DNA from: Obrimoposthia wandeli
Lineage: Eukaryota
Direction of reading: 5' to 3'
DNA length: 64,000 bases
Assembly: GCA_977020255.1 (NCBI GenBank)
Contig: CDROCS010003917.1
Location: 186,001 to 250,000 of the forward strand
The position numbers and the translations under genes are program-made. The notes beneath the pieces are model-generated. The model had not been told where the DNA came from. It did no database searches and saw only the letters and a program-made list of their open reading frames with translations. This document shows, piece by piece, positions 61,432 through 64,000 of this stretch. Within the stretch, counting starts at the first letter, position 1; each line of letters opens with the position of its first letter.

Positions 61432-63183
61432 TCACAATGAATACACCCTATCAACACTCTTCAATAACCGCGGATTATGTGTAATCAAAATAACCGTTTT
61501 ATCCGCCATCAGCTGCCAAATAGCCGCCATCACTGCCTGCTCGGTTATTGGATCTAACCCCTCAGTCGGTTCATCTAAAATCAGGATAGGTGAGTTCTTA
61601 AGTATAGCTTGGGCGATATGAATACGCCGTGCTTGACCGCCTGATAAGCCCTTGCCCGTTTCGCCTAACCAAGTATCAATACCTTGCGGTAAATCGGCGA
61701 TAAAATCACAAGCTGCGATGCTGCAAGCTTGTGCCAACTCATCATCAGTTGCTTTTGGGTTGGCCAGTAATAGGTTGTCTTTAATGGTGGCTGCAAATAG
61801 GTAACAGCTTTGCGATACCAGCGATATTTGTGCACGCAATGCATCACCTGAACAATCATTTATATCAACATTATCAATACCTCCATGCAAGCCGCCAATA
61901 CCAATCATGTCTCTATCGCAAGGGTAAAATCCTTGTAGCAGCTGTACAATGCTGGATTTTCCACTACCGCTTTTGCCGGTTAATGCTATTTTTTCACCTT
62001 GTTTAACATGCATTGAAAAGTTATTGATGACATTGCGGTGATCAGTATTTGGATAACTAAAGCAAAGCTGCTTAATGCTGATGTTGAGTTGCTGTTTTGA
62101 GCTAAGAAAGTCGATAGATTGTGGCTTAAGGGGCTCTGCTCTTACCGGTGTTTGATCAGCAAGTTGGAATAAACGCTTGGCGGCGGCCAATGTGCTAGAC
62201 AGTTGTTCAAACGCTAAAGGTAGCGGTAATACAGTTTCAAAAGCAGCGATGACTAATAACAGCAGCATGATTAACTCGCCGTTTTTGATCTCACTATTAA
62301 TTACTGCATTTGATAGCAGTAACAAGCTACACCAAATGCAAATGTTGATGATGGTTAGTGAGATGCTTTGTGCATTGGCGTTGACGTTATTTAGCTGTGT
62401 TTGCGTATCACTTAATTGCTCGCTACAACGTAACACATGGGCTTTTTGGGTGGCACTGGCGCCATAGATTTCAAGCTCGCGCATGCCTTGTAAGCCATCA
62501 ATAATCGCGGTTGATAACTGTTGTTGCTCAGTGCTTACCAGTGCGCCACTTTTTTGGCTTCTTTTGGCTACCCAAAGAGGTAACAGTACGCCGCTGCTGA
62601 TCAGCGCGATGATTAAGATCAGCGCTAGCGGTGGGTAAAAATAGTTAGCCACAGCATAGACGATAGGCACAGTGATAAGCGCAACAATAACTGGTAAAGC
62701 AATGCGTAAATAAAAATTATCGAGCTGTTCAATATCTGCTTGTAGCCTTGAGAGTAGATCGCTGCTGCGATATTGATGCAGGCCAGCGGGAGCGAGTGGT
62801 TCTAGCTTTTGGTAAAACCAGTGACGCAAATATGCCAACATTAAAAAGGTAGCGTTGTGGGTGACTAAACGTTCGCCATAGCGCCCCGCGGTTCTAACGA
62901 TGGCTAAAAAACGGATCACACCAGAGGGGGTGAAGTAATTGATGCTTACCCCTGCGATACCGGCAGCGGCCATGGCAGCAATGAACCAGCCAGATACACT
63001 TAATAGCGCAATATTGGCAAGTACTGTAGTAGCCGATAACAAAATACCCACACTTAGCCACTGCCAGTGGGGGCGAGCGAAGGCTAATAAGCGCAGTATT
63101 GTGCGCCAATTGCTCTCTTCAGCTTTAGCGCTGCTGGTGGTTTTTTTTGATAATACCGGAGAGGGTGTTGCTGTTTTATTCAT
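61432..63183 (-). CDS. cydC: Thiol reductant ABC exporter subunit CydC
   Basis: 'ALLSVSGWFI', 'RTAGRYGERLVTHNATF', GKSGSGKS, LSGGQARR, DEPTEGLD. Confidence 0.93.
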   Translation of the reverse strand: MNKTATPSPVLSKKTTSSAKAEESNWRTILRLLAFARPHWQWLSVGILLSATTVLANIALLSVSGWFIAAMAAAGIAGVSINYFTPSGVIRFLAIVRTAGRYGERLVTHNATFLMLAYLRHWFYQKLEPLAPAGLHQYRSSDLLSRLQADIEQLDNFYLRIALPVIVALITVPIVYAVANYFYPPLALILIIALISSGVLLPLWVAKRSQKSGALVSTEQQQLSTAIIDGLQGMRELEIYGASATQKAHVLRCSEQLSDTQTQLNNVNANAQSISLTIINICIWCSLLLLSNAVINSEIKNGELIMLLLLVIAAFETVLPLPLAFEQLSSTLAAAKRLFQLADQTPVRAEPLKPQSIDFLSSKQQLNISIKQLCFSYPNTDHRNVINNFSMHVKQGEKIALTGKSGSGKSSIVQLLQGFYPCDRDMIGIGGLHGGIDNVDINDCSGDALRAQISLVSQSCYLFAATIKDNLLLANPKATDDELAQACSIAACDFIADLPQGIDTWLGETGKGLSGGQARRIHIAQAILKNSPILILDEPTEGLDPITEQAVMAAIWQLMADKTVILITHNPRLLKSVDRVYSL

Positions 63184-63188
63184 GTAAG

Positions 63189-64000
63189 TTATTCATATAG
63201 GTTTGCACTAAACAGTTGTTGGTATAACGTTGAAGAACTCATCAGTAATGCGTGTGAGCCACGCTCAACTATGTTGCCTTTATCGAGTACAAAAATGCTT
63301 TTGCTAGCAGTGATGCTGTGTAAACGATGGGCCACAATAAAAACATAATGATCTTTGGCGTAGTCTTTTAACGTTTGTTGTAGCCATTGTTCTGTTTCTT
63401 CATCTAAATGGGCGCTTGGTTCATCCAAAATTAGAATGGGTGCATCTTTTAAAAATACTCTCGCCATGGCGATGCGCTGTTTTTGTCCGCCCGATACTCC
63501 CACTCCCTGTTCTGAAATAGGGTGCTGCCAGCCGAGTTTGAATTGATCAACAAACTGATCAACTCCCGCTAAGTGTGCAGCTTGTTTTACTTGTTCAACA
63601 CTGGCATTAGGATTGGCTAATTGTATATTTTGCAACAAAGAGGCAAAAATAAGCTGTGGGTTTTGTGGTACCCAGGCTAAATGTTGCTGCCAGCTTTTGC
63701 GCTCTATATGGGCTAGGTTTTGCTGGTTGATTAAAATCTCGCCACTTAAAGGGGTTAAAAAACCTAGTAGTAAATCAATTAAAGTGCTTTTGCCCGCACC
63801 ACTTGGGCCAACGATGGCGTACATGCCAGGCTCGTTTATGTGTAGCGATACATTACTTAAAGCAGGGCGCTGATTGGGATATTCAAAGCTAACGTTGTGG
63901 TATTCAATACTAAATTGCCCATTTGCTTGTTGAGAGGCTTGGTGAGGTGCTTGCTGCGATACTTGCTGAGAGGCACCATAACTGTTATTACGAGAGCTGT
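63189..64000 (-). CDS. cydD: Thiol reductant ABC exporter subunit CydD (3' part; start lies beyond the window)
   Basis: Frame open to 64000; GPSGAGKST, 'WVPQNP', VSGGQKQR, DEPSAHLD; directly upstream of cydC. Confidence 0.88.
   Translation of the reverse strand, partial: SSRNNSYGASQQVSQQAPHQASQQANGQFSIEYHNVSFEYPNQRPALSNVSLHINEPGMYAIVGPSGAGKSTLIDLLLGFLTPLSGEILINQQNLAHIERKSWQQHLAWVPQNPQLIFASLLQNIQLANPNASVEQVKQAAHLAGVDQFVDQFKLGWQHPISEQGVGVSGGQKQRIAMARVFLKDAPILILDEPSAHLDEETEQWLQQTLKDYAKDHYVFIVAHRLHSITASKSIFVLDKGNIVERGSHALLMSSSTLYQQLFSANLYE

Overview
AT-rich bacterial DNA, probably from a marine gammaproteobacterium (inference from gene content only). No rRNA, tRNA or CRISPR array was seen. 0.2-17.6 kb: a LysR regulator, a TRAP transporter and a complete-looking non-phosphorylative L-fucose/D-arabinose/L-galactose-type catabolic cluster (sugar ABC importer, aldo-keto reductase, FucU, lactonase, SDR, FAH hydrolase, GntR, divergent UxaA-family dehydratase). 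18.7-21.8 kb: csiR-csiD-lhgO (glutarate hydroxylation). 21.9-28.9 kb: a GlpR-like regulator with a Ugp-like ABC importer, an EEP phosphodiesterase and a HAD phosphatase. 29-47 kb: accessory modules (IS5-derived MITE, MYG1, three divergent LysR modules, an uncharacterised protein built from a 131-aa internal duplication, ECF sigma/anti-sigma, FAD oxidase, GAF-GGDEF-EAL). 47-61.4 kb: a decay zone with a TA pair, pseudogenes (GGDEF, metallophosphoesterase, partial cydC copy), IS66/IS256 remnants and four diverged copies of a modular ~430-490 bp non-coding repeat. 61.4-64 kb: cydC and the 3' part of cydD. All alignments and coordinates were worked out by eye; no database search was run.
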